Shown piece after piece: positions 1 through 9,205 of a stretch of 64,000 nucleotides of DNA. Under the pieces are notes generated by a model, which saw nothing but the letters and a program-made list of their open reading frames with translations, made no database searches and had not been told where the DNA came from. The translations under genes and the position numbers were made by a program. This DNA is from Candidatus Latescibacterota bacterium (GTDB taxonomy: Bacteria > Latescibacterota > UBA2968 > UBA8231). Position 1 is the stretch's first letter. Each line of letters begins with the position of its first letter. The stretch lies in the NCBI GenBank assembly GCA_965242865.1, contig CBDETK010000013.1:128001-192000 (forward strand), in the 5' to 3' direction.

Positions 1-1
1 G

Positions 2-700
2 GCCTTGCCGACCGAATGGCGGTGGAGCAATTACGCGTACGCTTGGGACAACGCCGAAATTGGCCGCTACTTTTTTAATACCGCCTATATCACCGCGCTC
101 GCCGCGCTCGGCACCCTAGCGGCGTCGGCCATGGCCGCGTACGTCCTGTCGCGGGTGGTCTTTCCGTTTCGGCGCTTGACCTTGTATCTCTTCCTGTCGG
201 CCATGATGGTGCCGCCCATGCTGTACCTCTTCCCGCTCTTCGTGCAAATGCGGCATTTGCACCTCACCAACAGCCACTTTGGGTTGATCGCGCTCTACAT
301 CGCCACCGGGCTGCCCTTTTCGATTTTTGTCCTGACGGGCTTTTTTAAGACCCTGCCGACCGAAATGGAAGAGGCCGCGCTGATCGACGGGGCCTCGCCG
401 TGGCGGACCTTTTGGCTGATCGCGCTGCCGCTGGCCAAGCCCGGGCTGATCGCGGTTTCCATCTTCAACTGCATCAATTACTGGAACGAGTTTTTCTGGT
501 CGCTCATCCTGCTCCGCACCGGCAAGCTCTACACGCTGGCGCGCGGCCTGCAAACCTTGTTTTGGAACATGTCAACCGAATCGCGCTGGACCGAGTTGTT
601 TGCCGGGCTGGTGATCGTCATGCTGCCCCTGATCGCGGTGTTCATCCTGTTGCAGAACCGCATCACCGAGGGCCTGACGGCCGGCGCGCTAAAGGGATAG
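2..700 (+). CDS. Carbohydrate ABC transporter permease (MalG-like), 5' end outside window
   Basis: EAA loop 'EMEEAALIDGASPWRTF', multiple TM segments, C-terminal 'GLTAGALKG'; frame is open to the window edge. Confidence 0.93.
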   Translation, partial: ALPTEWRWSNYAYAWDNAEIGRYFFNTAYITALAALGTLAASAMAAYVLSRVVFPFRRLTLYLFLSAMMVPPMLYLFPLFVQMRHLHLTNSHFGLIALYIATGLPFSIFVLTGFFKTLPTEMEEAALIDGASPWRTFWLIALPLAKPGLIAVSIFNCINYWNEFFWSLILLRTGKLYTLARGLQTLFWNMSTESRWTELFAGLVIVMLPLIAVFILLQNRITEGLTAGALKG

Positions 701-3127
701 CCAGTAATTGGCCTTGATAAAGAAGAGATCCGAACCCGCGTCGAGGAAGCTCTCGCCGATATTCTTCAGCGGGCGGAAGGAAGGTTGTGACGAGAACGCA
801 CTGTTTGCTTGGGACCATACCAAGAATAAGGTGCTGCCCGGCCGGTATTCCCAACGCAGGACCATGTTGCTTTGCAGTGAACGGCGGCGGAAATCGGGAT
901 TGTAGGACAACGCTGAATACGGGGTAAACAGGTACGAGCTCGGGCTGGCTAGTTCCTTGAAGTTTTTGTAGGTCCCAACCGCCAGAAACGGCTGCAAGTA
1001 GAGCTCTAGGCTCAGATCCCGACTGAAGATCACATTGAGGCGGGTCGTCAGATCGAGCGTCTTGCTACTCAGGGTTCCATATACGTGTTCAACTATGCCA
1101 TTCCCATCCGCGTCTATGTTCCCAACCCACTGTGCATCATCGAAACCCCACTGATAGCGTGGCTGAAAGTGATACTCGATGTAATCAGCGGGTTTGATTT
1201 CTACGCTCAATGCCAGCGTGCGCCAAGAGCTACCTTCTGTGTCGTTCCCCCAAGAAAAGCCGAGTTGGCTGCTTATGGCTCGCCGATCGTCGCTTTCGAG
1301 CTGCAGATCAAAATCGGTGCTAGCAGGCCGGACGATGAGCGGGCCACCCCGAGTGTCTAGATCGTCCTGGGTGCGGAAATTATGGTCAATTGAGCCAAAG
1401 AGTTCCCAGTAGGTACTGAACTGATGCCAAGTGCTCAAGCCGATGCCGTTTGCCAGTACTACGTCGTCAAAGTTCCAACGCCGCCACTGCTCAATGTTCA
1501 GGCTGTTCCGACGGAAAACATGCCATGGACGATCCTTGCGCAGCGCGAGTTGCCCCCGAGTTTCGTAGAAGTTGTTCCGCCATAGAAAACCCAGATCGTT
1601 GATTTCAAAGCCTTTTGAGTACGCTTTCCAATGGAATTCTCCGCGTAGCCAACCGCTCCGCTTGCCCACGGCCATCTCATTGCCCCACCCCCTTTGCCGC
1701 TCGGCAGCCGATCCGGTGTGGCTACCGGCGATCTGTCCCCAGAAATCGTAGGCGTTCTGCCCCGAATGCAGCCACCAATCCACACTCCCAGAGTACGCGT
1801 CCGCAGCCTGATGTCGGTTGAGGCTCGTTCCGGTCAGGCCAATGTGAGAGTTGCCTTGGAAAAGGTCTTGTTGTACTCGGCCAACCAAGATGTGGGAGCG
1901 CGGCTCGAGAATAAAATCACGACGGTTTTTTTCTTCTTCTACACTTTTTAGCGCTGCATATTCTTGCGCGGTGAGTGCTTCCATAAACCCAAAGCTGGTC
2001 TTGCCGGTGGTCTTGCCCATTATTTTAACGGCTCCTAAAATGGTGGTAAAATCTGGCCGGTCCACCACCTCAAAGCCGCTGGGGATGCGATTGAAGCCGG
2101 GCTGCTTGCCAATGCGACGGGAATAGAAAAGCTGGATCGGCGTGCGGAAATTATCAGCACCATCCACGAAAAAGGGACGCCGCTCCTCAAAGAAGGTCTC
2201 AAAGACCGAAAGGTTTAGTACGGCCGGATCGGCCTCCACCTGCCCGAAGTCGGGATTGACTGTGGCGTTGAGCGAGAGGCCCGAGGTCAGGCCGTAGCGC
2301 ATATTAACCCCCAGATTGCCAAAGAAATCGCGGCTATCGGACCCATCGTCGGAGCTAAAGGTGGATCGGCCGACGATATAGGGCATAATCTCCAACGGTT
2401 TCGGGGGAATGATCTGCTCAATACCTTCGAGGTGGTCAAAGTGCGATGGCCAACCGCTTTGCTCAAGCGGCACCATGCGCCAATATACATCTTCTTTTTT
2501 GCGACTTATATAGCGAATTACGTTGATGCCCCAAGTGTATTTCTCTTGGGGACTGAAGCGGAGTGCTTGATAGGGAATTTTGTACTCTACACACCACCCG
2601 TTCTCATGCCGGCTTTGCCGCGCTTGCCAGACCCCATCCCAAGCGCTGTCCCAACCCCGTCCATCGTCGTAATTGTAGCCATCAGTCAGGGAGCCGCCGG
2701 CGAATACTTGGAACACAAAGTTTGTCTGATGATCGTGGTGGGCATCAATGGCAATCTGTACGAAATCTGCTTCTGACCACTGATCGCGGCGGGCGAGACG
2801 AGCCACGATGTTCTCGGGCTGGCGATCAAAGGCCATCACACCGACGTACAGTGCTTTGTCGTCATAAGCAAATTGTACTGTCGTCGATTCGGTGGCCGCT
2901 TGGCCCGTATCGGGTCGCCGCTGGGTAAATCCCGTAAAGACAGGGGCTCGCTGCCAGATTAAGTCGTCTAAGCGACCGTCGATTTTAGGTGGAGTAGAAT
3001 GGAGCCGTATGGCACTTAGAGGCTTGCTTTCTCCGTCTTGGACATGGCCCCAAAGCGGATCGCCTCCAACGACAATGGCAGTGAGTGTTATGGCTACGAA
3101 TAAACGCATCATGGCGAGTCTCCTCAT
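689..3127 (-). CDS. DUF5916 / CBM9-like domain outer-membrane protein (lower-GC paralogue)
   Basis: Signal peptide, 'PKIDGRLDD..W', 'NATVNPDFGQVEADP', 'FFEERRPFF', 'LRWEYRPGSTLFLVWSQ', C-terminal NYW. Confidence 0.88.
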   Translation of the reverse strand: MRRLAMMRLFVAITLTAIVVGGDPLWGHVQDGESKPLSAIRLHSTPPKIDGRLDDLIWQRAPVFTGFTQRRPDTGQAATESTTVQFAYDDKALYVGVMAFDRQPENIVARLARRDQWSEADFVQIAIDAHHDHQTNFVFQVFAGGSLTDGYNYDDGRGWDSAWDGVWQARQSRHENGWCVEYKIPYQALRFSPQEKYTWGINVIRYISRKKEDVYWRMVPLEQSGWPSHFDHLEGIEQIIPPKPLEIMPYIVGRSTFSSDDGSDSRDFFGNLGVNMRYGLTSGLSLNATVNPDFGQVEADPAVLNLSVFETFFEERRPFFVDGADNFRTPIQLFYSRRIGKQPGFNRIPSGFEVVDRPDFTTILGAVKIMGKTTGKTSFGFMEALTAQEYAALKSVEEEKNRRDFILEPRSHILVGRVQQDLFQGNSHIGLTGTSLNRHQAADAYSGSVDWWLHSGQNAYDFWGQIAGSHTGSAAERQRGWGNEMAVGKRSGWLRGEFHWKAYSKGFEINDLGFLWRNNFYETRGQLALRKDRPWHVFRRNSLNIEQWRRWNFDDVVLANGIGLSTWHQFSTYWELFGSIDHNFRTQDDLDTRGGPLIVRPASTDFDLQLESDDRRAISSQLGFSWGNDTEGSSWRTLALSVEIKPADYIEYHFQPRYQWGFDDAQWVGNIDADGNGIVEHVYGTLSSKTLDLTTRLNVIFSRDLSLELYLQPFLAVGTYKNFKELASPSSYLFTPYSALSYNPDFRRRSLQSNMVLRWEYRPGSTLFLVWSQANSAFSSQPSFRPLKNIGESFLDAGSDLFFIKANYWLSL

Positions 3128-3167
3128 CCGTTCCCAAGAAGCATTGGTTTGAGGCGATTTTTCGTTG

Positions 3168-3301
3168 GAAGCGTTCTTAAAATTAGGGTTTCAGTGTCTG
3201 ATTCGGCTTGGTTCTTTGCTGGATTCCCGCGTTCGCGGGAATGACCCCTAGAGGCGTCAGGCAAGACGAGTCAAAAACAACATGAGTGTTAAGAACGCTT
3301 C
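3168..3301. mobile_element. MITE-like element with 13-bp terminal inverted repeats and an internal dRS3/REP-like hairpin
   Basis: gaagcgttcttaa (3168-3180) / ttaagaacgcttc (3289-3301); internal ggattcccgcgttcgcgggaatgac (3221-3245). Confidence 0.55.
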
Positions 3302-3334
3302 TTAGATGATTGCTAGGCTAATGATTAAGGCAAC

Positions 3335-3344
3335 ACAATGTCAA
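3335..3344 (-). promoter_or_regulatory. TTGACATTGT (-35-like) motif pointing to the DUF5916 gene
   Basis: acaatgtcaa on +; the identical 10-mer occurs at 15978, 16056 and 16388. Confidence 0.45.
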
Positions 3345-3443
3345 CACATGCCCTCGCGGAAATGGGAGGTGACAGGCGCGCGGGAAGTTTTTATGATCTT
3401 TGCAAAAAGTCTCCCCTAAAAGGCATATTCGCATCCGACAATC

Positions 3444-4751
3444 ATGAACCGCCGCGACGTCCTCAAATATCTCGCCGCCGCTTTTGCCAGCGGCTGCGGC
3501 CGGTACGCACCCGGGGAAAACGCGCTGGAGATCGCCAACCTCCAGCCTCCAGCCTCCCAAGTGCCGATCAATCAGCTTATGTGGCGGGCCGTGGCGCGCT
3601 TCCGCAAGACGCACCCAGAGGTGCAAGTCGAGCCGGCCAGCGGCGGTGGCGGCGGATACCAAGAACTGATGATTCGCGTCATGGAGGGGCATCCGCCGGA
3701 CATCATGTCCTTTGCCACGGCCGAGACCGGCCTTACCTACGCTTACGTCGAACAGGGGCACGTCCTCGATATAACCGAGTACCTCCAGCGGCCCGCTTGG
3801 GATACCCCGGGCAAGACTTGGCTGGAGACCATCGACCCGCTCTACCGAGAGCCGCTGACGCACCAAGGCCGCTTTTACGCCATCCCCCAAAACGTGATTT
3901 CCCTGCAAGTGTATTGCAATGCCGAGCTGTACCAACGCGCCGGGGCCGACCTCAATCCGCAGACTTGGGACCAGTTTCTCGACAACTGCGCCCGCCTCAA
4001 ACGCGCCGGTATCGTCCCCATTACCCAAGATGGCATCCACTGGTACACGAGTTGGTGGTTCGATCACCTAGCCCAGCGCATCCTCGGCGCCGACAAGGTG
4101 CGCCAAGCCTTCCGCGACCCCCAGCGCCAGACCCCATGGACCGAACCCGGGTTTCTCCAAGCGGCCCGCATGGTCGAACAGATGCTGGAGCGGGAGTACT
4201 TCGCCGCGGGGTTTGCCGGCCTCAACCACATCGAGTCCGAGCTTTTGTTCTGGCAGGGCCGCGCGGCCACCGTGTTTGTCGGCAGTTGGTTTACCAGTGG
4301 CCGCGCCCAAGTAATCGGGCAGGATTTCCCCTTGTACGCCTTTCGCTTTCCCGCCGTTGAGGGCGGGCGCGGGAATCCGCGTGACCTGATCGGCACGGTC
4401 AACACCCAGAGCATCCCCGCGTTGGCTCGCCAGCCCGAGCGCGCGGCCGAGTTTCTGCGCTTGGTAAACAGCCGCTGGTTCCAAGCGCAGATGGTGCAAC
4501 AGGCCCAGATGATCAGCCCGCTTATTGGGATGCCGCTGCCCGGCAGCCAACAAGGCTTAGACCAAATCCTCGCCGCGACCGAGCAGTTCTACTCGTTTTC
4601 CTTTGGGCTAGAAGGGGCGCACCCGTTCTTGTATCGCCAATACTGGAACGAGTGGAACCAGTTCATGGTGGCGCGTGCGCTATCGGCGTCCCAACTGGTG
4701 GAAAACCTCGAAAGCATTTTTACTCGGTATTACGAGCACTCCGCGGCCTAG
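3444..4751 (+). CDS. Sugar ABC transporter extracellular solute-binding lipoprotein (Tat-type signal)
   Basis: 'MNRRDVLK...SGC' signal/lipobox; SBP_bac_1-like motifs 'GRFYAIP', 'PQTWDQF'. Confidence 0.88.
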   Translation: MNRRDVLKYLAAAFASGCGRYAPGENALEIANLQPPASQVPINQLMWRAVARFRKTHPEVQVEPASGGGGGYQELMIRVMEGHPPDIMSFATAETGLTYAYVEQGHVLDITEYLQRPAWDTPGKTWLETIDPLYREPLTHQGRFYAIPQNVISLQVYCNAELYQRAGADLNPQTWDQFLDNCARLKRAGIVPITQDGIHWYTSWWFDHLAQRILGADKVRQAFRDPQRQTPWTEPGFLQAARMVEQMLEREYFAAGFAGLNHIESELLFWQGRAATVFVGSWFTSGRAQVIGQDFPLYAFRFPAVEGGRGNPRDLIGTVNTQSIPALARQPERAAEFLRLVNSRWFQAQMVQQAQMISPLIGMPLPGSQQGLDQILAATEQFYSFSFGLEGAHPFLYRQYWNEWNQFMVARALSASQLVENLESIFTRYYEHSAA

Positions 4752-4834
4752 TCGGCAGAACAGCACCACCGCGGCCACCCCGCACAGATAGGCCCTTTTC
4801 TGGTCGGCCACCGCGCACTCCGCCGAGGCCTGGC

Positions 4835-5830
4835 TCAACCCGCAATAAGCCCGGTCCCGCGCAGCAAGGTTTCCTGCACGAGGAGCTCGTGGTCGAGCGT
4901 CCGGTCGGGTGCTTGCTCGCCCTTGAGCACCCTGACGAAGGACGCCAATTCGAGTTCGTACAGCCCCTGCCGCGCAATCCCGGCAAAAGGCACCATCTGG
5001 ACGCCCTGTGCGTAGCCAGCGGCGGCCTCGGTTAGGCAGAGCCGAATGGCGTGGCCCGGCTCAAAAGGCTCGAGCAGAATCGCACTGCCGCGCTCGCCAT
5101 AGACCTCAAAGCGCCGGGCCATCGGTTGCGGCTCCATGGCCGCAATATCGACCCAAGCCATGGCCCGCTCGTATTCAAAAACGCCGAGCGTATTGTCCTG
5201 AAACCCGGGCACGCCTCCGGTGTCTTGCCGCAGAAAGGTCGTCACTTGCTCTGGCCGCCCCAAAATCCACACCACTTGATCGAGCATGTGCCCGGCTAGA
5301 TCGTAGAAGATGCCGCCGTGGTGCCCGGCCGCGATTACTGCGCGCCCGGCTGGGGGGATGTTGGTGGACATGTGGGCGCGCACCGCATAGACATGGCCCA
5401 AAAACCCCGTGCGCGCCCACTCTGCGATCTGGCTGAAGCCGGGATGGTAGCGCAGCATAAAGCCCATTTGCACTTGCAGATCGGCGGCCCGGGCTTCGGC
5501 GACGACTCGCTGCCATTGGGGCCAATCGTCCCCGGCCGGCTTGTCGTACCACACGTGCTTGCCCGCGCGGACGATGCGCTCGGTCTGGTCCAAGCTCTCG
5601 TCGTTGCGGCCCTCGGAGGCGACCGCCGCAATGGAGCGGTCGCCGAGCAGCTCTTCCTCGCTTTCCAAGAAGCGGACTTGCCGATAGGGTTCGTCGCTGG
5701 CGACTTGCTGGCGCCGCTCGGCATCGGGTTCGTACAGGCCGACGACTTCGACCTCGGGATTGTCGAGCATTGCCTTGAGTTTGCCAGCGGCGTGCCCGTG
5801 CTTGGTGCCGTATTGCGCCATGCGGATCAT
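4835..5830 (-). CDS. Gfo/Idh/MocA family oxidoreductase
   Basis: 'GKHVWYDKP', 'GFMLRYHP', 'DLAGH..D'; start set at ATG 5830 after the RBS 'cgaggag'. Confidence 0.9.
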   Translation of the reverse strand: MIRMAQYGTKHGHAAGKLKAMLDNPEVEVVGLYEPDAERRQQVASDEPYRQVRFLESEEELLGDRSIAAVASEGRNDESLDQTERIVRAGKHVWYDKPAGDDWPQWQRVVAEARAADLQVQMGFMLRYHPGFSQIAEWARTGFLGHVYAVRAHMSTNIPPAGRAVIAAGHHGGIFYDLAGHMLDQVVWILGRPEQVTTFLRQDTGGVPGFQDNTLGVFEYERAMAWVDIAAMEPQPMARRFEVYGERGSAILLEPFEPGHAIRLCLTEAAAGYAQGVQMVPFAGIARQGLYELELASFVRVLKGEQAPDRTLDHELLVQETLLRGTGLIAG

Positions 5831-5853
5831 GGGGTCTCCTCGCGGAAAAGGTG

Positions 5854-5961
5854 GAAGCAAAAATTGAGCAAACTTTGGAAATCGTCATAATCTCTTGTTT
5901 TTACAAGAAATTTTCACATCTGCGACATCCGCTTCTCGCCTAAAATCAAAACCCGATCAAA
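5854..5961. repeat. ~108-bp AT-rich direct repeat, copy A (downstream of the AlbA/HATPase gene)
   Basis: Aligns with 7500-7608; shared core ttgtttttacaaga.attttcacatc...cttctcgcc.aaaatcaaaacccgatcaaa. Confidence 0.85.
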
Positions 5962-5970
5962 CTTGGCCCC

Positions 5971-7439
5971 TCATGCCCAAAACGGCACATAGCCCGATTG
6001 CGGATGCTCGGGATCGGCCGCCTTGATAAGTTGCCGGGCTCGCGCCCGCCGGATCACCTGCGACACTTGTGCAGCATTTCGCGGGTCTATGCCGAAACGT
6101 GCTCGCAGGCTGCTGTTTTTCATCAGTTCTCCATTCACGAACTTCAACACGGCGTGATGATAGCACGCCCGGATGCGCTCTTCGACCGTCATCGCAGCAA
6201 ACCGACGCGGCGCGAAAAGAACCGCACATGTCGCCTCTATCCCGCCTTCCTGTACGCGAAAATCCGGTGGCGGCAACTGATAAACCTCCACCGCCGCCAC
6301 GACCTTGTCGATACCCGTACCTTGCTCCTCACACAACTTCATGCGTCGCATGAAGGCGGCAAGTGCTTCGTTCCTCGAGCGCGGAGGAGAGTCGATAAAT
6401 CGATTGGGACTGATCAGAGGCTTGCCTGGATTGGTGATTCTAGCCGATTGCTGAAGAGTTCAATGGACGGTCCGGCCCCGGTAATGGTCATGTCTTGGTG
6501 AATGAGCGCATTGACAATCAACTCGCGGAGGGCTATCGGAGGGAACAGCGGCTGCTCAGTGCGAAAAACTCGGTTAATTTGCTCGTTGCGCGGCAACAGC
6601 CGGTCGATGTAATCAACAATCCTCGCAAAGCCAAGGGCATAACCGCATGTTTCGTCGTACCGGTGGGTTACCGTATCCGCACGCCCCTTTCCATTATAAG
6701 CTGTGAAGCGCACCGACTTACGCGCAATCCGCGAATCGAACTCATCGAGGTGCTTGGCAAACAGAATCGCGCCCAGATTGGTGATCTTCCAGCGGGCACC
6801 GACATCCGGGGCGATAATTTGGTCTTGATTCAATCGCTCCAGAATACCTCGCGGATTGACCGGCAGCGGTTGGTCCATAAGTTCGAAATAGCTCGCATAG
6901 TCAATGCGGGCCAGCACGGCATCGTCGGTGAGAAACTGTGCGGCAATGCCGCTTTCCCAAAGATAGGGCTGGAGTTTGGTCCAGAGTGCTTTCTGACGGT
7001 CGGGATAATCGGACAAGCGCGGCGTCGCGGAGCCAATTCGGCAATAGGCAGTGCGGTCGAACTCCACCGGACTTATAGTTGTAGTTGCGGCGGGAATCTC
7101 AAGCAAAACCAGCCGGCCTTGCGGATGCTCCACAATCTGAAACCTGAATGCGACATCCGGGTTGAGCCGTTGCGCCAGCCAAAATGATAGGGGCTGGCCG
7201 TGGTGTTTGGCTGCATCCGGTTCAAAGCGTGTACCGATTATGGCATGGTCGGAATCCCGCACCCCCCAAAGCAGATAGGCGAAATCTCGCTCTGCCAGCG
7301 CAGCGGCATTGGCGAGGGCCGAGATGTATTTGCCAATCACAGCGGGCGCGAAGTTGTTCGCCTTGAACTCGACACAGGCGGTCTCGGCAGAGGCCGCTAG
7401 CAAATCGTTGATCAGCGCGAGGATGCGAGTGTCGTTCAT
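5971..7439 (-). pseudogene. AlbA_2 (Schlafen-like) + HATPase_c_4 (RecG-C-like) DNA-binding protein, frameshifted at ~6439
   Basis: 'E...VEFK.N', 'SALANAA', 'ALRELIVNALIHQD'; after CTA GAATC the other frame continues 'ITNPGKPLISPNRFIDSPPRSRNEALAAFMRRMKLCEEQGTGIDK...YVPFWA'. Confidence 0.85.
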
Positions 7440-7499
7440 TTACTCATCTCCCTGCAATCCCGTCTAGCGGGTGGCGTGACCGTGCTTGGTGCAAACGTA

Positions 7500-7608
7500 G
7501 AATCAAAACCTAGCCAAGTTTTGAAAAATTGTCTTAATTATTTGTTTTTACAAGAGATTTTCACATCCGTGACGTCTGCTTCTCGCCCAAAATCAAAACC
7601 CGATCAAA
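7500..7608. repeat. ~108-bp AT-rich direct repeat, copy B (upstream of the AlbA/HATPase gene)
   Basis: Aligns with 5854-5961. Confidence 0.85.
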
Positions 7609-7632
7609 AAATCGCGATCAGCGCGAGACCTG

Positions 7633-7659
7633 CGGTCTCCCCGCACGTGTGGGGAACAC
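7633..7659 (-). repeat. Single orphan type I-E-like CRISPR repeat (no array)
   Basis: Reverse complement GTGTTCCCCACACGTGCGGGGAGACCG resembles the I-E consensus GTGTTCCCCGCGCCAGCGGGGATAAACCG. Confidence 0.5.
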
Positions 7660-7689
7660 CAAAACGCCAGCAGGCGAGCAGCTTCCATC

Positions 7690-8457
7690 TCAGCGGCCCA
7701 TCCACCCGCCATCAACCACTACAATCGCCCCATGCACGTAGTCGGACGCTGGCGACGACAGCCACACCACCGCGCCCTTTAAGTCGTCCGGGGTGCCCCA
7801 CCGACCCGCTGGAATCCTCACCAGTAGCTGCTCGTTGCGCACGGGATCGTCGCGCAGGGCTTGGTTGTTGTCGGTGGCGATATAGCCCGGGGCAATGGCA
7901 TTGACGTTGACCCCGTGACCGGCCCATTCGTTAGCCAGCGCCATCGTCAACTGCCCGATCCCTCCCTTGGCCGCAGCATAGCCCGGCACGGTGATCCCGC
8001 CTTGGAAGGTCAGCACCGAAGCGGTAAAGATGATCTTGCCCCGGCCGCGAGACAGCATCTGCTTGCCGAATTCCCGCGCCAGCACGAATTGTGCGTTTAA
8101 GTTGACCTCGATGACGTGGTCCCAGTCGTCGTCGGAATGTTCGTCGGCCGGGGCGCGCCGAATCGTACCGGCGTTGTTGATGAGGATGTCGATCGGGCCG
8201 ACCTCGGCGTGGACCTGCTCGACAAAGGCGCGGACTGCCGCCCGGTCGCCAAAATCGCAGGTATAGCCCTTGAAGCACTTGCCGTGTGCTGCAATATCTT
8301 TGCCGACTTCGGAGTCTGCTTCGAGCGAAGCGCTGACGCCGACGATATCCGCGCCGGCCTCGGCCAATGCCTGCGCGAACCCGCGCCCGATGCCGCGGCG
8401 ACATCCGGTGACCAGTGCGGTTTGGCCATCGAGCTTAAAAAGATCCAAGATGCTCAT
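7690..8457 (-). CDS. kduD: 2-dehydro-3-deoxy-D-gluconate 5-dehydrogenase (SDR family)
   Basis: 'TGCRRGIG', 'NNAG', 'FQGGITVPGYAAAKGG', 'VDGGWMGR'. Confidence 0.85.
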   Translation of the reverse strand: MSILDLFKLDGQTALVTGCRRGIGRGFAQALAEAGADIVGVSASLEADSEVGKDIAAHGKCFKGYTCDFGDRAAVRAFVEQVHAEVGPIDILINNAGTIRRAPADEHSDDDWDHVIEVNLNAQFVLAREFGKQMLSRGRGKIIFTASVLTFQGGITVPGYAAAKGGIGQLTMALANEWAGHGVNVNAIAPGYIATDNNQALRDDPVRNEQLLVRIPAGRWGTPDDLKGAVVWLSSPASDYVHGAIVVVDGGWMGR

Positions 8458-8488
8458 GTTATTTCCCTTGCGTATCGATTAAAGCGGT

Positions 8489-8833
8489 TCAATCTACGCG
8501 GTGCGCCTTGTAGCACCCTTCATCAAAGATCACTTCGTCCAAAGTTGGAACATCTTCTTCTTTGAAGTACACTTTGCCCAGTGGAAGGGAGGCAAGGTGA
8601 CCGAGGTCTTCTTCAAGGACGAGGTCGGTAGAGATGAAAGCACCATTGATCCGCCCTGTACCAAGCCAAGCGGCCGCATCTCGTGGCCGCATCTCGATAA
8701 ACTCGAGCTCGTTGACTATCGCCCTTGATCCATGGCCATCGAAGAGTGATGTGGTGAAACCCGCCTGATTCAGAAGTTCTAAGGCGAAATCACGAAGACG
8801 CCCTCTTGAGGGGATGGCAACGCGAGCGATCAT
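8489..8833 (-). pseudogene. hisG: Truncated ATP phosphoribosyltransferase (HisG N-terminal ~87 aa) fused to an unrelated tail
   Basis: 'RVAIPSRGRL', 'MRPRD', 'ISTDLVLE', 'LPLG', then similarity is lost; only 114 aa. Confidence 0.75.
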
Positions 8834-9141
8834 CTTCTGCGTTCTCCTAGCTCGTTTATGACATCCTCAAAGGAAACATCTGCCCCTACGAGCCCAACAA
8901 GCAAATGGAACAGGAGGTCCGCGGCTTCTGAGGTGACGCGCTGCCGATTTACTACTGGCCGCCCAAGTTCAATACAGGTCTCGAACGCCTCCTCCATCAA
9001 CTTGCGTTGAAGCAACTCTTTGTCTGAAAACAGCTCGGTGGAATAAGACTCCTCTGGCCTCGTCCTGCATCGTTCCCGTAGGATGCTTTCTAGTTCGCGG
9101 ATGGTCTCTGACATCTGGAAATCTCTGGTGGATTGAGCCAC
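8830..9141 (-). CDS. hisE: Phosphoribosyl-ATP pyrophosphohydrolase
   Basis: 'RPEESYSTELF', 'KLMEEAFE', 'EAADLLFHLLV', 'ELGERR'. Confidence 0.88.
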   Translation of the reverse strand: MAQSTRDFQMSETIRELESILRERCRTRPEESYSTELFSDKELLQRKLMEEAFETCIELGRPVVNRQRVTSEAADLLFHLLVGLVGADVSFEDVINELGERRR

Positions 9142-9205
9142 GTATTATCTCCTCTCCTCTCGGTCCAGTCCATTTCTCATGTCTCCGACATTTTAGAATA
9201 GTCCA

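Noticed and set aside
6414-6416. TGA in the AlbA/HATPase gene as selenocysteine
   Set aside because: Homology continues in a different frame, so it is a frameshift and not read-through
7560-7720. CRISPR array
   Set aside because: Only one repeat-like unit, no periodic copies and no cas genes
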